A DNA stretch of 64,000 nucleotides from an uncultured Clostridia bacterium (GCA_946185305.1 CAMHJE010000003.1:10081-74080); one strand, 5' to 3'. Positions 38,894 through 49,286 are shown, counted from the first letter of the stretch. Translations and numbers: made by a program. The notes: a model not told the origin generated them from the sequence alone.

Positions 38894-39601
38894 ATGCCCA
38901 AGATCTATGCGATCGCGGATACACACCTGAGCCACGCCGTGCCGGACAAGGCGATGGATGTATTCGGCGCACATTGGGCGGATCATGCAAACCGGCTGGC
39001 GGCTGCGTGGCGGGACATCGTGACCGAGGACGATCTCGTCCTTATTCCCGGCGATATTTCGTGGGCGATGTACCTGAGCGACGCCGAGGCCGATTTGGCT
39101 TTTTTGGGCGCGCTGCCCGGAATCAAGCTGCTGCTGCGCGGCAATCACGATTTCTGGTGGTCGAGCGTCACCAAGGTGCGCGCCATGCTGCCAAAAGGGA
39201 TGTACGCCCTGCAAAACGACACGTTCCGCTTTCACAATGTCGAGATCGCGGGCACGCGCGGCTGGACGGTTCCCGAAAGCACGGGCTTCAAGGAGAGCGC
39301 CGACCGCAAGCTGTATGAGCGCGAAAAGCTCCGCCTTGCCCTGTCGCTGAAGGCGCTGTCTCCCGATACCGCGCATATCGTCATGCTGCACTATCCGCCG
39401 TTCGGCGAGGGCGGCAACCCGAGCGAGTTTGTCGCAATGCTCGAGCCGTACAGCATCAAGACCGTCGTTTACGGCCATCTCCACGGCCCCAAGGCGCACG
39501 CCGCCGCGTTCCAAGGCGAATACAACGGCACGACCTACCACCTTGTTGCCGCCGACGCGCTGCGGTTTACCCCGAAGCTGATCGGGGAGACGGAGGAATA
39601 A
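38894..39601 (+). CDS. Metallophosphoesterase
   Basis: ADTH, GDISW, GNHD, HYPP, GHLH. Confidence 0.9.
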   Translation: MPKIYAIADTHLSHAVPDKAMDVFGAHWADHANRLAAAWRDIVTEDDLVLIPGDISWAMYLSDAEADLAFLGALPGIKLLLRGNHDFWWSSVTKVRAMLPKGMYALQNDTFRFHNVEIAGTRGWTVPESTGFKESADRKLYEREKLRLALSLKALSPDTAHIVMLHYPPFGEGGNPSEFVAMLEPYSIKTVVYGHLHGPKAHAAAFQGEYNGTTYHLVAADALRFTPKLIGETEE

Positions 39602-39609
39602 CAGAATAG

Positions 39610-39645
39610 AAATTCGGCGTGCCCCCTTGCAGGCACGCCGAATTT
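39610..39645. terminator. Bidirectional terminator
   Basis: AAATTCGGCGTGCC...GGCACGCCGAATTT. Confidence 0.8.
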
Positions 39646-39677
39646 GTCTCTTTATGAAAATCTAATGCGCATGATTC

Positions 39678-40166
39678 TCAGTCTGCCGGAAGGCTTTCTG
39701 GCAGATTCATTTCAAACACATAACGCTGCGGCGTCATTTCCATCACCTGATACATGGCAATGGCCGTTTTGTTGAAATCCCAGGTATGCAGCTCCAGACG
39801 AACAGCGCCCTGCGCCTTGGCCCATTCCGCAACCGCTGTAAACAGCTTTGTCGCAACGCCCTTGCGACGGTGGGACGGCAAAACATAGATATCATCCAAG
39901 CAGACCGTCCTTACGCCCTTGACCATGCCGCTTTCTTCCCAAAGGGACGCTCTGACAAGGCCGACAAGCTGTTCGTCTTCAAATGCGCCGAGCTGCAAAC
40001 AGCCGGGATGGGATACATTATGAAGAAAAGCGTCCTTGGGATAGATGTCCGCTTTGTCCCGATGCACAAAGCAGTCCGGCCGCGCCTGCACATGCAGCTC
40101 GTCCAGTTCCGCATACAGCGCAAGGGCCGTATCATAATCTGCTTCCGTCAGCTTTCTGATCTCCAC
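39678..40166 (-). CDS. GNAT N-acetyltransferase
   Basis: YVLPSHRRKGVATKL, FNKTAIAMY; GTG start after AGAGGGG. Confidence 0.85.
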   Translation of the reverse strand: MEIRKLTEADYDTALALYAELDELHVQARPDCFVHRDKADIYPKDAFLHNVSHPGCLQLGAFEDEQLVGLVRASLWEESGMVKGVRTVCLDDIYVLPSHRRKGVATKLFTAVAEWAKAQGAVRLELHTWDFNKTAIAMYQVMEMTPQRYVFEMNLPESLPAD

Positions 40167-40188
40167 AAGTGCGAACCCCTCTTTGCCG

Positions 40189-40896
40189 TTAGGCCTTCTT
40201 TTCGCCCTTTTCTTCCTTTTCTTCGTCGAGCTGCTGGAGCCGCAGCCCTGCGGTGTCGGTGACGGGCAGAGAGAAGCAGATCGCCTTGGCACGGGTATTC
40301 ACGCCGGCCTTCTCCATGATCGAGCGCATGATCGCGTCCTTCTGCTCGGTCTTGGTGACGATAAAGATCACGTCCTTTTCCGAGGCGAGCGAGATGCCGA
40401 GGAACTGCTCGGCGCGCTCCATGCCGGTGCCCTGCGCGTGGATCACGGTGCCGCCTGCGGCGCCTGCGGCGCGTGCCGCGTCCATGATCTGATCGTTATA
40501 GCCTTGGTTGCCGATCACGATTAAAAGCTCCTGTACGGTGTTCTGCAAAGTGCTTTCCTCCCCTCTTTGATAGGACTGTCCGTCCGTTAAAAACGCCAAT
40601 TCGCGCGGGCCGCCGATGCTCGATAGCGGCACCGTAAAGGCAATGCCCGTGCCCGGAATGTCGATCCGAAGCGTGCGCTCCAGATCGCGCTTGACGGTCT
40701 TCCAGGTTTCCTTGGTGACGACCGCAAAGCAGACGGCCTTTTCCGACCGTTCCAAGCCGAAGTAGCCGAGCACCTCGCCGGTCGCCGTGCCGTGGCCGAG
40801 CGTGATGAAATGCACGTTTACGTTGTCCTTGCGGTACAGCTTGATAAACGCAGGCAGCCGGTCGCGGTCGATAATCGTAACAAGTAAATCCAGCAT
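40189..40896 (-). CDS. Tandem P-II-like regulator
   Basis: Two units: GHGT...PGTGIAFTVP and AAGGTVIHAQGT...ICFSLPV. Confidence 0.85.
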   Translation of the reverse strand: MLDLLVTIIDRDRLPAFIKLYRKDNVNVHFITLGHGTATGEVLGYFGLERSEKAVCFAVVTKETWKTVKRDLERTLRIDIPGTGIAFTVPLSSIGGPRELAFLTDGQSYQRGEESTLQNTVQELLIVIGNQGYNDQIMDAARAAGAAGGTVIHAQGTGMERAEQFLGISLASEKDVIFIVTKTEQKDAIMRSIMEKAGVNTRAKAICFSLPVTDTAGLRLQQLDEEKEEKGEKKA

Positions 40897-40905
40897 ACGC
40901 CCTCC

Positions 40906-42429
40906 TTACAGCCGAATGATCTCGTAATACAGGCTTTCATCCGGCACAGCCTGCACAGCGGCCGCCTTGCGGTGCGGCTTGAAGCGGACGGCCAGACCCA
41001 GAAGCTGAATCGTGATCAGCGGCGTCATGGCGACCATCGCCACCACGCCGAACGCGTCGGTTACGACGTTGCCGCCGACGGCAAGACAGCCGCCCATCGC
41101 AAACGGCAGCAGAAACGCCGCCGTCATCGGGCCGGACGCGACGCCGCCGGAGTCAAACGCAATCGCGGTAAACAGCTTCGGCACTACGAACGACAGCAGC
41201 AGCGCGAGGCCGTAGCCGGGCAGAATGAACCACAGGATCGAAATGCCCGTCAGCACGCGCACCATCGCAAGCCCGATGGACACCGCGACGCCGATGGACA
41301 GGCTGACCTGCAGCGACCGTCCGGAGACCTTGCCGCTTGTCAGCTCCTCAACCTGCCGCATCAATACATACACGGCGGGCTCGGCCTTGACGATAAAGTA
41401 GCCGATCAGCATACCGACCGGAATCACGACCCAGCGGTATGGCAGCGAGGCAAGCGTTTGTCCGAGGTAGGAGCCGGCGGGCATGAACCCGACGTTCGCG
41501 CCGAGCAAGAACAGTACAAGGCCGATGTAGGTATATACGAGGCCGACGCCGATGCGGAGAAGCGTTTTCGCGTTCAGATGCAGGCTTAAAATCTGGAAGA
41601 TACCGAAGAAGCCGACAATCGGCAGCACGGCAACCGCGATTTCCTTGAGGTAGGTCGGCATCGCGTCGGTAAACAGCCGCGCAAGCGTGATCGAATGGTC
41701 GATCTCCGGAATCATCGTCGCCGTATAGTCGGCGCTTTCGGGGCGGAAGATCAGCGACAGCAGCAGCACCGCGAGGATCGGGCCGACCGAGCAGAGCGAG
41801 ATCAGACCGAAGCTGTCGTCCGCCGCGTGCCGGTCGGAACGGATCGCGGAAATGCCGATGCCGAACGCCATGATGAACGGAACGGTCATCGGGCCGGTCG
41901 TGACGCCGCCCGCGTCAAACGCGACGGCGAGGAAGCTGCGCGGGGCAAAGAACGCCAAAAGGAACGTCAGCCCGTAGGCGATCAGCAGCATGTTCCGCAG
42001 CGGAATCCCGAACAGCATACGCAAGAGCGCAATGACAAGGAACAGGCCGACGCCGCCCGCCACGCACCAGATCAGAACCGGGCTTGGGATCGACAGCACC
42101 TGATTCGCCAGCACCTGTAAATCCGGCTCGCTTACGGTGATGAGCACACCGAGCAGAAAGCCGAGCGGCAGAATGATCCACAGCTTGCGCGTTTGCGTGA
42201 TGCGCCCGCCGAGCTTTTGCCCCATCGGCTCCATGGCGATCTCCGCGCCGAGCGTGAAAAACATCATGCCGACGATCAAGAGCAGCGCGCCGAAGATGTA
42301 TGCCAAAAGGATGCTCGTCGGCAGCGGCGCAACGGTAAAGGACAGCGCCAGCACGATCAGCACGATCGGCAGCACCGCCTTCAAGGCTTCACTGAATTTT
42401 TCCTGTAAACGGTCGCGATATAACGGCAA
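40906..42429 (-). CDS. DUF1538 membrane protein (duplicated domain)
   Basis: SEP/AEP, AFDAGGVTTGPMT and AFDSGGVASGPMT. Confidence 0.88.
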   Translation of the reverse strand: MPLYRDRLQEKFSEALKAVLPIVLIVLALSFTVAPLPTSILLAYIFGALLLIVGMMFFTLGAEIAMEPMGQKLGGRITQTRKLWIILPLGFLLGVLITVSEPDLQVLANQVLSIPSPVLIWCVAGGVGLFLVIALLRMLFGIPLRNMLLIAYGLTFLLAFFAPRSFLAVAFDAGGVTTGPMTVPFIMAFGIGISAIRSDRHAADDSFGLISLCSVGPILAVLLLSLIFRPESADYTATMIPEIDHSITLARLFTDAMPTYLKEIAVAVLPIVGFFGIFQILSLHLNAKTLLRIGVGLVYTYIGLVLFLLGANVGFMPAGSYLGQTLASLPYRWVVIPVGMLIGYFIVKAEPAVYVLMRQVEELTSGKVSGRSLQVSLSIGVAVSIGLAMVRVLTGISILWFILPGYGLALLLSFVVPKLFTAIAFDSGGVASGPMTAAFLLPFAMGGCLAVGGNVVTDAFGVVAMVAMTPLITIQLLGLAVRFKPHRKAAAVQAVPDESLYYEIIRL

Positions 42430-42569
42430 TCGTCCATTCCCCCTTTCGGACTAAGTCCGAAATTTCCTATTTATTTAATATAGCACAAACCCCGCCGCAT
42501 TTCGACAGTACGGCGGGGTATTTAATAATTTGTTCATACTGGCAGGCGGGCTGTGATGCCGCCTTGCGT

Positions 42570-44984
42570 TCAGCTGTCCTTTCTGCCGCTCACCACGTCG
42601 TCGTCGAGCACGACCGGAACGAGCAGCTCGCCCTTGCCGGCCTTCGGCTGAATGTGGATCTGTTCGGTATCCAGCGGGGTAACGGTGCCGTGGCGCTGCT
42701 CCAACAGCAGCGTAAACGGATCGGTGACGGCGCCGACATAGGCAAGCGCCGTACCGTTGGAGCCGTTCTTTTTGAAGTCGAACGTCTTGACGCCCTTGCC
42801 GTTGCGGCCCTGCACCTCGTAATCGAACAGGAAGCTGCGCTTGCCGTAGCCGCGGTCCGAAACCGTGATCAGCTCGCCCTCGTCGCCGACCTGCGCGGCA
42901 TAGAACACGGCGTCCTTCGGCTCTAACTTGATCGCGCCGACGCCGGCGGCGGTGCGGCCGGTCTTGGGAACCGTGTCCGCGGCGAACCGGATGCTCATAC
43001 CGAGCTTGGTGACGAGCAGGATGCTTTCCTCCGTGGCGGGCCAGACGAACAGCAGCTTGTCCTTGTCCTTCAAGCCGATGGCCGCCGTGCGCTTGGCGCG
43101 AACGCGGTATTCCTCGGCGGCGGTGCGCTTGACCATACCGCGCTCGGTGACAAGCAGATAGTCGACCTCGGCGTTCTCGTCAAACATCGCAATCGTGTTT
43201 TCGCCCTTTTCCAATTCAAGCAGCGAAACGAGGTTCAGCGCCTTTTGCGTCGGGCGCGTTTCGGGAATGTCGCCGACCTTCAAGGTCAAAAGCTGCCCGT
43301 GATCGGTGAACAGGCGCAGCGTGCCGTTGCTCGGCAGACTGACGGAAACCAAGGGCTGTTCGGCCTTGATCTGCGCGGCGTTGAACAGCCGCGTCGGGAG
43401 CTTGCGAACCTTGTGATCCTTTAAGAGCGTCACGGTCACATCCTCGACGACCTCGGCTTCGACCGGCTCGGCCTCGATCACGGTATCGCCCGCGATGATC
43501 TCGGTGTGGCGCTTGCCGTCGAAGACCTTGCGCACGTCGAGCAGTTCCTTCTTGATCAGGTTTGCGAGCTTCTTATCCGACGCCAAAATCGCTTCGAGCT
43601 CCGCGATCAGCTTCAAGGTTTCCTTGTATTCCTTTTCGATGGCGAGCAATTCGAGATTCGTCAGCTTTTGCAGCCGCAGATCGAGAATTGCCTGCGCCTG
43701 GATCTCGGAGAGGTTGAACGTCTTCATCAAGCCCTCGCGCGCTTCCTTCGGGGATTTCGATGCGCGGATCAGCTTGATCACGCGGTCGAGGTTGTTGACC
43801 GCGACCATCAGACCCTCTAAGATATGGCAGCGTTTCTTGGCAATTTCAAGCTCCGTCTTGGTGCGGCGCGTCGTAACCTCGCGCTGATGGCGGATGTAAT
43901 GCTCCAGGATGTCCTTCAGGGTCAGCTGCTGCGGCTTGCCGTTGGCGATGGCGACATAGTTTGCGCCGAACGTGCATTGCAGATCGGAGTATTTGAACAG
44001 GTTTTTCAGCAGCTTTTCGGGGTCGCCGTCCTTTTTGACCTCGATGACCGCGCGCGTACCGGTGCGGTCGGATTCGTCGCGGATATCCGCAACGGCGGCG
44101 AACAGCGCCTTTTTCTCCTGCGTGATCTGCAGGATCTTTTCGAGACACGCGGCCTTATTGACCGTGAACGGGAACTCGTCGATGACGATGCGCGTCTTGC
44201 CGTTCTTCATGTCCTCGAAATGCGTCTTGGCCCGCATCGTCAGCTTGCCGCGCCCCGTTTCATAGGATTTGGCGATCTCCTCGGACGCGATCAGATACCC
44301 GCCGGTCGGGAAGTCCGGCGCGGGCATGATCTTCATCAGCTCCGGAATCGTGATCTTCGGATTGTCGATCATCGCAATGACCGCGTCGATGGCCTCGACC
44401 GGGTTGTGCGGCGGAATGTTCGTCGCAAGGCCGACCGCGATACCGCTGGAGCCGTTGACCAAAAGGTTCGGGAAGCGGCCCGGCAGCAGCTCCGGCTCCT
44501 TCATCGTGTCGTCGAAGTTCCATGCAAACGGGACGGTGTCCTTGTCGATGTCCTTCAGAAGCAGCATTGCCGCGTCGGTCATGCGCGCTTCGGTGTAACG
44601 CATGGCAGCGGCGCTGTCGCCGTCCACCGAGCCGAAGTTGCCGTGGCCGTCCACAAGGGTCACGCCCATATTGAACGGCTGCGCCATGCGCACAAGCGCG
44701 TCGTAGACCGAGCTGTCGCCGTGCGGGTGGTATTTGCCGAGGCAGTCGCCGACGATACGCGCGCACTTGCGGTGCGGCTTGTCCGGCGTGTTGCCGAGCT
44801 CCAGCATCGTATAGAGAATACGCCGCTGCACGGGCTTTAGACCGTCCTCCACGCGCGGCAGAGCGCGCTCCAAAATGACGTGCTCGGCATAGGGCATCAT
44901 GGAATTGTGCATGACCTCGTCCATACTGATGTGCAGGATGGTTTCGGTCGGCGGCGGGGTCGTGGTTTTCTTTGTCGTAGCCAT
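42570..44984 (-). CDS. parC: Type IIA topoisomerase A subunit, ParC-like
   Basis: DGLKPVQRR, YHPHGD, AAMRYTEAR; no GyrA-box at the start of the CTD. Confidence 0.8.
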   Translation of the reverse strand: MATTKKTTTPPPTETILHISMDEVMHNSMMPYAEHVILERALPRVEDGLKPVQRRILYTMLELGNTPDKPHRKCARIVGDCLGKYHPHGDSSVYDALVRMAQPFNMGVTLVDGHGNFGSVDGDSAAAMRYTEARMTDAAMLLLKDIDKDTVPFAWNFDDTMKEPELLPGRFPNLLVNGSSGIAVGLATNIPPHNPVEAIDAVIAMIDNPKITIPELMKIMPAPDFPTGGYLIASEEIAKSYETGRGKLTMRAKTHFEDMKNGKTRIVIDEFPFTVNKAACLEKILQITQEKKALFAAVADIRDESDRTGTRAVIEVKKDGDPEKLLKNLFKYSDLQCTFGANYVAIANGKPQQLTLKDILEHYIRHQREVTTRRTKTELEIAKKRCHILEGLMVAVNNLDRVIKLIRASKSPKEAREGLMKTFNLSEIQAQAILDLRLQKLTNLELLAIEKEYKETLKLIAELEAILASDKKLANLIKKELLDVRKVFDGKRHTEIIAGDTVIEAEPVEAEVVEDVTVTLLKDHKVRKLPTRLFNAAQIKAEQPLVSVSLPSNGTLRLFTDHGQLLTLKVGDIPETRPTQKALNLVSLLELEKGENTIAMFDENAEVDYLLVTERGMVKRTAAEEYRVRAKRTAAIGLKDKDKLLFVWPATEESILLVTKLGMSIRFAADTVPKTGRTAAGVGAIKLEPKDAVFYAAQVGDEGELITVSDRGYGKRSFLFDYEVQGRNGKGVKTFDFKKNGSNGTALAYVGAVTDPFTLLLEQRHGTVTPLDTEQIHIQPKAGKGELLVPVVLDDDVVSGRKDS

Positions 44985-44988
44985 AGCG

Positions 44989-46953
44989 TTAATCCTTTAT
45001 CTTCTCAAACACGGTCTTGCCGCTGCGGTTGAAGTCCGCATACTCGAAAATGTACTCCTTGCGGGACTGGACGCGGTCGCCCATCAGCACGGTTACAAGA
45101 TGCTCGACCTCGGCGGCGTCCTCGATGGTCACGCAGGTCAGCTTGCGGCCCTGCGGGTTCATTGTCGTTTCCCAAAGCTGCTCCGGGTTCATTTCGCCCA
45201 GGCCCTTGTACCGCTGCAGCGTGTAGTTCTTGCCGTTCACCTGCTTCATCGCGGTTTTCAGCGCCGCATCGTCGTAGCAGTAGATCGGCGGCTGATTCGG
45301 CTTCTGCACGCGGTAGAGCGGCGCCATGCCGATATACACATGCCCTTCGGTGATCAGCGGCCGCATATAGCGGTAGAAGAACGTCAAAAGGATCGCGCGG
45401 ATGTGCGCGCCGTCCTGATCGGCGTCGGCGAGGATGATGATTTTATTGTAGCGCAGGTTTGAGATGTCGAAATCGTCGCCGATGCCCGTGCCGAGCGCCG
45501 TGATGATCGAACGGAACTCGTCGTTTTGCAGCACCTGTTCGAGCCGCTTTTTCTCGACGTTCAGCGGCTTGCCGCGCAGCGGCAGGATCGCCTGGAACCG
45601 CCGGTCACGCCCCTGCTTCGCGCTGCCGCCTGCGGAGTCGCCCTCCACGATGAACAGCTCGTTCTGCGAATAGTCGCGTCCGGTGCAGCTCGATAGCTTG
45701 CCGACAAGCGGCGCGTTTTCGAGCTTGCTTTTTTCGCGCGCGGTCTCCTTGGCCTTGCGCGCCGCGTTGCGCGCCTTGGCGGCCTTCACGGCCTTTTCCG
45801 CAATCTGGTTGGCGACCGTTGCGTTCTTGAGATTTTCGAGCCATACTGAAAGCTGCTGTGTCACAACCGTTTCGACCGCGGGACGCGCCTCGGTATTGCC
45901 GAGCTTCGTTTTCGTCTGGCCCTCAAACTGGATGTTCCGCATCTTCAGCGACAGCACCGCCGTCATGCCCTCGCGGAAATCCTCACCGGCCAGGGACGCA
46001 TCCTTTTCCTTCAGCGCGCCGACCTTGCGGCAATAGTCGTTCATGACCTTGGTCAGCGCGGCCTTGAAGCCGGTTTCGTGCGTGCCGCCCTCGGTCGTCG
46101 GGATGTTGTTCACGTAGGACGCGATCGTTTCGGAATAGCCGTCGTTGTGCAGGATCGCAACCTCCACGATGATACCGTTCGATTCGCCCGAAAAGTGGAT
46201 CGGCGGATCGTAGAGCGCGGTCTTGTCCTCGGAGATGTAGCGGACAAAATCGGAAAGGCCGCCTTGGTAGCAGAACTCGGCGTGCTTGGCCTTGCCCCAT
46301 TCGCGGTTGTCGTCAAGCGTCAGCTTCACACCGCGGTTGAGGTAGGCGAGCTCGCGGAGCCGCTTCATCACGACGCTGTACTGCATGTCGATGGTTTCAA
46401 ACACGCGATCGTCGGGCAAAAAAGTGACGACCGTGCCCTGCTTGCGCGTGCGGCCCGTTTCGGTCAGCGGGTATTTCGGCTTGCCGGAAACGATCTTGCC
46501 CTCGGCGTTCTCCTCACTCGAAAATTCGATCTTGTATGCGCGATTCTCATGGTAGACCTCGACCGTGACCCAGCGCGACAGCGCGTTGACGACGCTCGCG
46601 CCGACGCCGTGCAGACCGCCGGAATAGCCGTAGGCGTCGTTGCCGAACTTGCCGCCTGCATGCAGCTGCGTAAACACGACCTCCACGCCGGACACACCCA
46701 GCTTTTCGTGGATGCCGGTCGGGATGCCGCGTCCGTTGTCCACGACGGTGACGCTCTTGTCGCGGTTCAGCGTGACATTGATTTCATTGGCATAGCCGTT
46801 CGCGGCCTCGTCGATCGCGTTGTCCACGATCTCCCACAGCATGTGATGAAGCCCCGGCAGACCGGTCGAGCCGATGTACATGCCGGGCCGCATGCGGACG
46901 GCGTCAAGCCCCTCCATCACGGTAATGCTGCGAACGGAATATTCTTCTGACAT
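44989..46953 (-). CDS. parE: Type IIA topoisomerase B subunit, ParE-like
   Basis: RPGMYIGS, EIVDNAIDE, EGDSAGG, PLRGK, YKGLGEM. Confidence 0.8.
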   Translation of the reverse strand: MSEEYSVRSITVMEGLDAVRMRPGMYIGSTGLPGLHHMLWEIVDNAIDEAANGYANEINVTLNRDKSVTVVDNGRGIPTGIHEKLGVSGVEVVFTQLHAGGKFGNDAYGYSGGLHGVGASVVNALSRWVTVEVYHENRAYKIEFSSEENAEGKIVSGKPKYPLTETGRTRKQGTVVTFLPDDRVFETIDMQYSVVMKRLRELAYLNRGVKLTLDDNREWGKAKHAEFCYQGGLSDFVRYISEDKTALYDPPIHFSGESNGIIVEVAILHNDGYSETIASYVNNIPTTEGGTHETGFKAALTKVMNDYCRKVGALKEKDASLAGEDFREGMTAVLSLKMRNIQFEGQTKTKLGNTEARPAVETVVTQQLSVWLENLKNATVANQIAEKAVKAAKARNAARKAKETAREKSKLENAPLVGKLSSCTGRDYSQNELFIVEGDSAGGSAKQGRDRRFQAILPLRGKPLNVEKKRLEQVLQNDEFRSIITALGTGIGDDFDISNLRYNKIIILADADQDGAHIRAILLTFFYRYMRPLITEGHVYIGMAPLYRVQKPNQPPIYCYDDAALKTAMKQVNGKNYTLQRYKGLGEMNPEQLWETTMNPQGRKLTCVTIEDAAEVEHLVTVLMGDRVQSRKEYIFEYADFNRSGKTVFEKIKD

Positions 46954-47119
46954 GGTTTCCTCCTGCGGACGGGCGGGCGCACTCCGCCCGATCCCGTCCA
47001 AATGATAACATGTTATTTTAACACAGATTCCCGCCCCGCGACGCAGCTTCGACGATACTTTTACGGTTTATTCATATTTTCCGCTTCCAAGCAGGGCAAG
47101 AAGGACGGCTCTTTTTTTC

Positions 47120-47148
47120 TTGCAATCGTATAACGCTTCCTATATAAT
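47120..47148 (+). promoter_or_regulatory. Sigma-A promoter of first XRE gene
   Basis: TTGCAA-N17-TATAAT. Confidence 0.7.
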
Positions 47149-47217
47149 ACATGTGACAATATTGCGCGGCTTTCCGACAAACGAAGCCGACAGACGCAAG
47201 ACGGTGAGAGAAGCAGA

Positions 47218-48456
47218 ATGGATCGTTTCAAAACGGGAAATTTCATAGCGAAGCTGCGAAGCGAACGCGGCATGACGCAGACGGAGGCTGCCGAAAAATT
47301 GGGCGTCTCCAATAAAACGGTTTCCCGCTGGGAGAACGGTCAGACGCTGCCCGACTTTGAGCAGATGCAGAAGCTGTGCGAGCTGTATGACGTGCGGATC
47401 GAGGAAATCTTGGCGGGGGAACGAATATCTTCCAAAGCGGAAACGGTCGCGCCGCCGGAACCGCCTGCGCAGACGCCGGAGAAGCCGCAAAAGCGGTCGG
47501 CGCTGCTTCGCACCGCATGGAGCAGCGCGCTGTTCGGCGCCGTGATCGGCTGTGCGGCGATGGCGCTGCTGGTGACGCTGCTGTTCCACCCCACAAAGGC
47601 GAGCTGCGGCGCGGCGCAACCCTTGCCGAACGCGACCGAGGCAGGTGCATCCGCAGCGCAGACGCAGAACGCAGAGCCGTCGGCGGCGACGGAGGAAACC
47701 GAACCAACGCCGTCTGCGCCGAGTCTGCAGGAGGCTAAGCGCCGGGCGGCAGAGGACGCGGCGAATCTCCCCGCAGAAACGCCGCAGCCGACAAGCCGGG
47801 CAGCGCGCGGTTCGCTCGGCCGGGAAAGGCAGCCACTCACGGTGAATGATTTTCCGGAGGCGTTCCGGGAAAGACGGTTGAGCGACGGGGAATTAGAGGC
47901 GCTTCGCTCTATGCCGCCGGCCGTGCTGCGCGAGCGCATCTCCACGGTGGCGGACATGGTGACATGGTTCAACCTCATGGACCCCGATATCTGGGATTCC
48001 AACGTTATTTCGATTCCGCGCACCGGCGTTTACTATTATCTGAAGCCGGAGGAGCAGCTGCGACAGATGGACTTTGCTTCGGACAGCCTTGCGCTTTCGT
48101 GCGCATGGTTGATTCAGGAGGATTATGAGGGTCTATGCGTGCTGTACGTCAACGGCGTCAACTGCATGAACAACATGTGTGTTGCCGTTCCGAACGACGA
48201 CGGCTGGCTTGTGTTCGATCCGGCGGCGTTTACGTATCACGGCTCCGAAAACGGCGCTTTGGACTGCGTGTGCGTGCAGGCGCTTGAGGACCTGTATCCG
48301 ATATTGGACCGGTTCAACGTTCTGCATCACGAATATTTAATGCCGATCAGCGTGATCGAAAACCTGGAGCAAGAGGTAGCCTTCTACGAAAACGTCGAAG
48401 AAAAATACCTGTGCGCAGATACCGACGCTGTCGAGCTGGCAAGAAAAGGAAACTGA
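47218..48456 (+). CDS. XRE HTH, TM, stalk and extracellular domain (transmembrane one-component regulator)
   Basis: GMTQTEAAEKLGVSNKTVSRWENG; hydrophobic segment about aa 100-122. Confidence 0.8.
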   Translation: MDRFKTGNFIAKLRSERGMTQTEAAEKLGVSNKTVSRWENGQTLPDFEQMQKLCELYDVRIEEILAGERISSKAETVAPPEPPAQTPEKPQKRSALLRTAWSSALFGAVIGCAAMALLVTLLFHPTKASCGAAQPLPNATEAGASAAQTQNAEPSAATEETEPTPSAPSLQEAKRRAAEDAANLPAETPQPTSRAARGSLGRERQPLTVNDFPEAFRERRLSDGELEALRSMPPAVLRERISTVADMVTWFNLMDPDIWDSNVISIPRTGVYYYLKPEEQLRQMDFASDSLALSCAWLIQEDYEGLCVLYVNGVNCMNNMCVAVPNDDGWLVFDPAAFTYHGSENGALDCVCVQALEDLYPILDRFNVLHHEYLMPISVIENLEQEVAFYENVEEKYLCADTDAVELARKGN

Positions 48457-48586
48457 AAAAATTGCAATCATACCCATGCACCCGGAATACCCTTGCCGGG
48501 TGCTTTTCTTTCGGGAAAGAGCCGGACAGGACAGAGCTGACCGCGAAAATTCCCACAAAATGTCCCTTTTGAACCGCAAATTCGTT

Positions 48587-48963
48587 CTTTGTGTCCTTTA
48601 CTTTCGGGGCAGGAAAGTTATCATTTCTATATATAAACTTCGGAACGAAGCGAGAGGGCGGAATGGACAAGCGGAAGATTGGAAGATACCTTTCGGAAAA
48701 ACGAAAGCAGATGGGAATGACGCAGGCGCAGCTTGCGGAAATACTGGACGTATCCAATAAGACGATCTCCCGGTGGGAGCGCGGCATCAATTTGCCGGAT
48801 TACGATCAAGTTCTGAAGGCATGCCGCTTGTTTCGCGTCAATGCGCGCGACTTTCTGACAGGCGGCGGGGAAACGACAAAAGAATCATTCTGATGCATAC
48901 AGCGCCCGAACAGGGCGCTTTTGCAATCTGTTCATCAGATTCGCACTTTGTGTCCTTTACTTT
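48587..48963 (+). repeat. 18-bp direct repeat in promoters of the two small XRE genes
   Basis: CTTTGTGTCCTTTACTTT at 48587-48604 and 48946-48963. Confidence 0.85.
48663..48893 (+). CDS. XRE-family HTH protein (76 aa)
   Basis: MDKRKIG...GMTQAQLAEILDVSNKTISRWERG; followed by hairpin-T tract 48901-48922. Confidence 0.85.
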   Translation: MDKRKIGRYLSEKRKQMGMTQAQLAEILDVSNKTISRWERGINLPDYDQVLKACRLFRVNARDFLTGGGETTKESF

Positions 48964-49022
48964 TTTCTTGTTTCTTTTATATTGAAAATGAATACGTATC
49001 AAAAACGGAGTGAGCATACGGG

Positions 49023-49286
49023 ATGGATAAAATCAAGATCGGGCAGTTTATCACGATGCATCGGAGGCGGCTGGGCATGACGCAAGCGGAGCTTGCCAAG
49101 CTGCTGGGCGTTTCCAACAAGAAGGTATCGCGCTGGGAACGCGGCCTGCATGTCCCCAATTACGATGATGTTTTGAACGCAAGCGAGCTATTCGGCGTCA
49201 GCGTGGAGGACTTTATCACGGGCAATCTGGACGCGGAACACCGCAAGCGGCAAAGAGGTGCAGCTCAAGGTCGTTTCAAAGGATGA
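49023..49286 (+). CDS. XRE-family HTH protein (87 aa)
   Basis: MDKIKIG...GMTQAELAKLLGVSNKKVSRWERG. Confidence 0.85.
   Translation: MDKIKIGQFITMHRRRLGMTQAELAKLLGVSNKKVSRWERGLHVPNYDDVLNASELFGVSVEDFITGNLDAEHRKRQRGAAQGRFKG

Noticed and set aside
42570-46953. gyrA/gyrB assignment
   Set aside because: No GyrA-box at the start of the CTD; topo IV-like preferred, phylogeny needed.
47134-47160. dif-like site
   Set aside because: Poor arm match, origin-proximal, and coincides with a sigma-A promoter.
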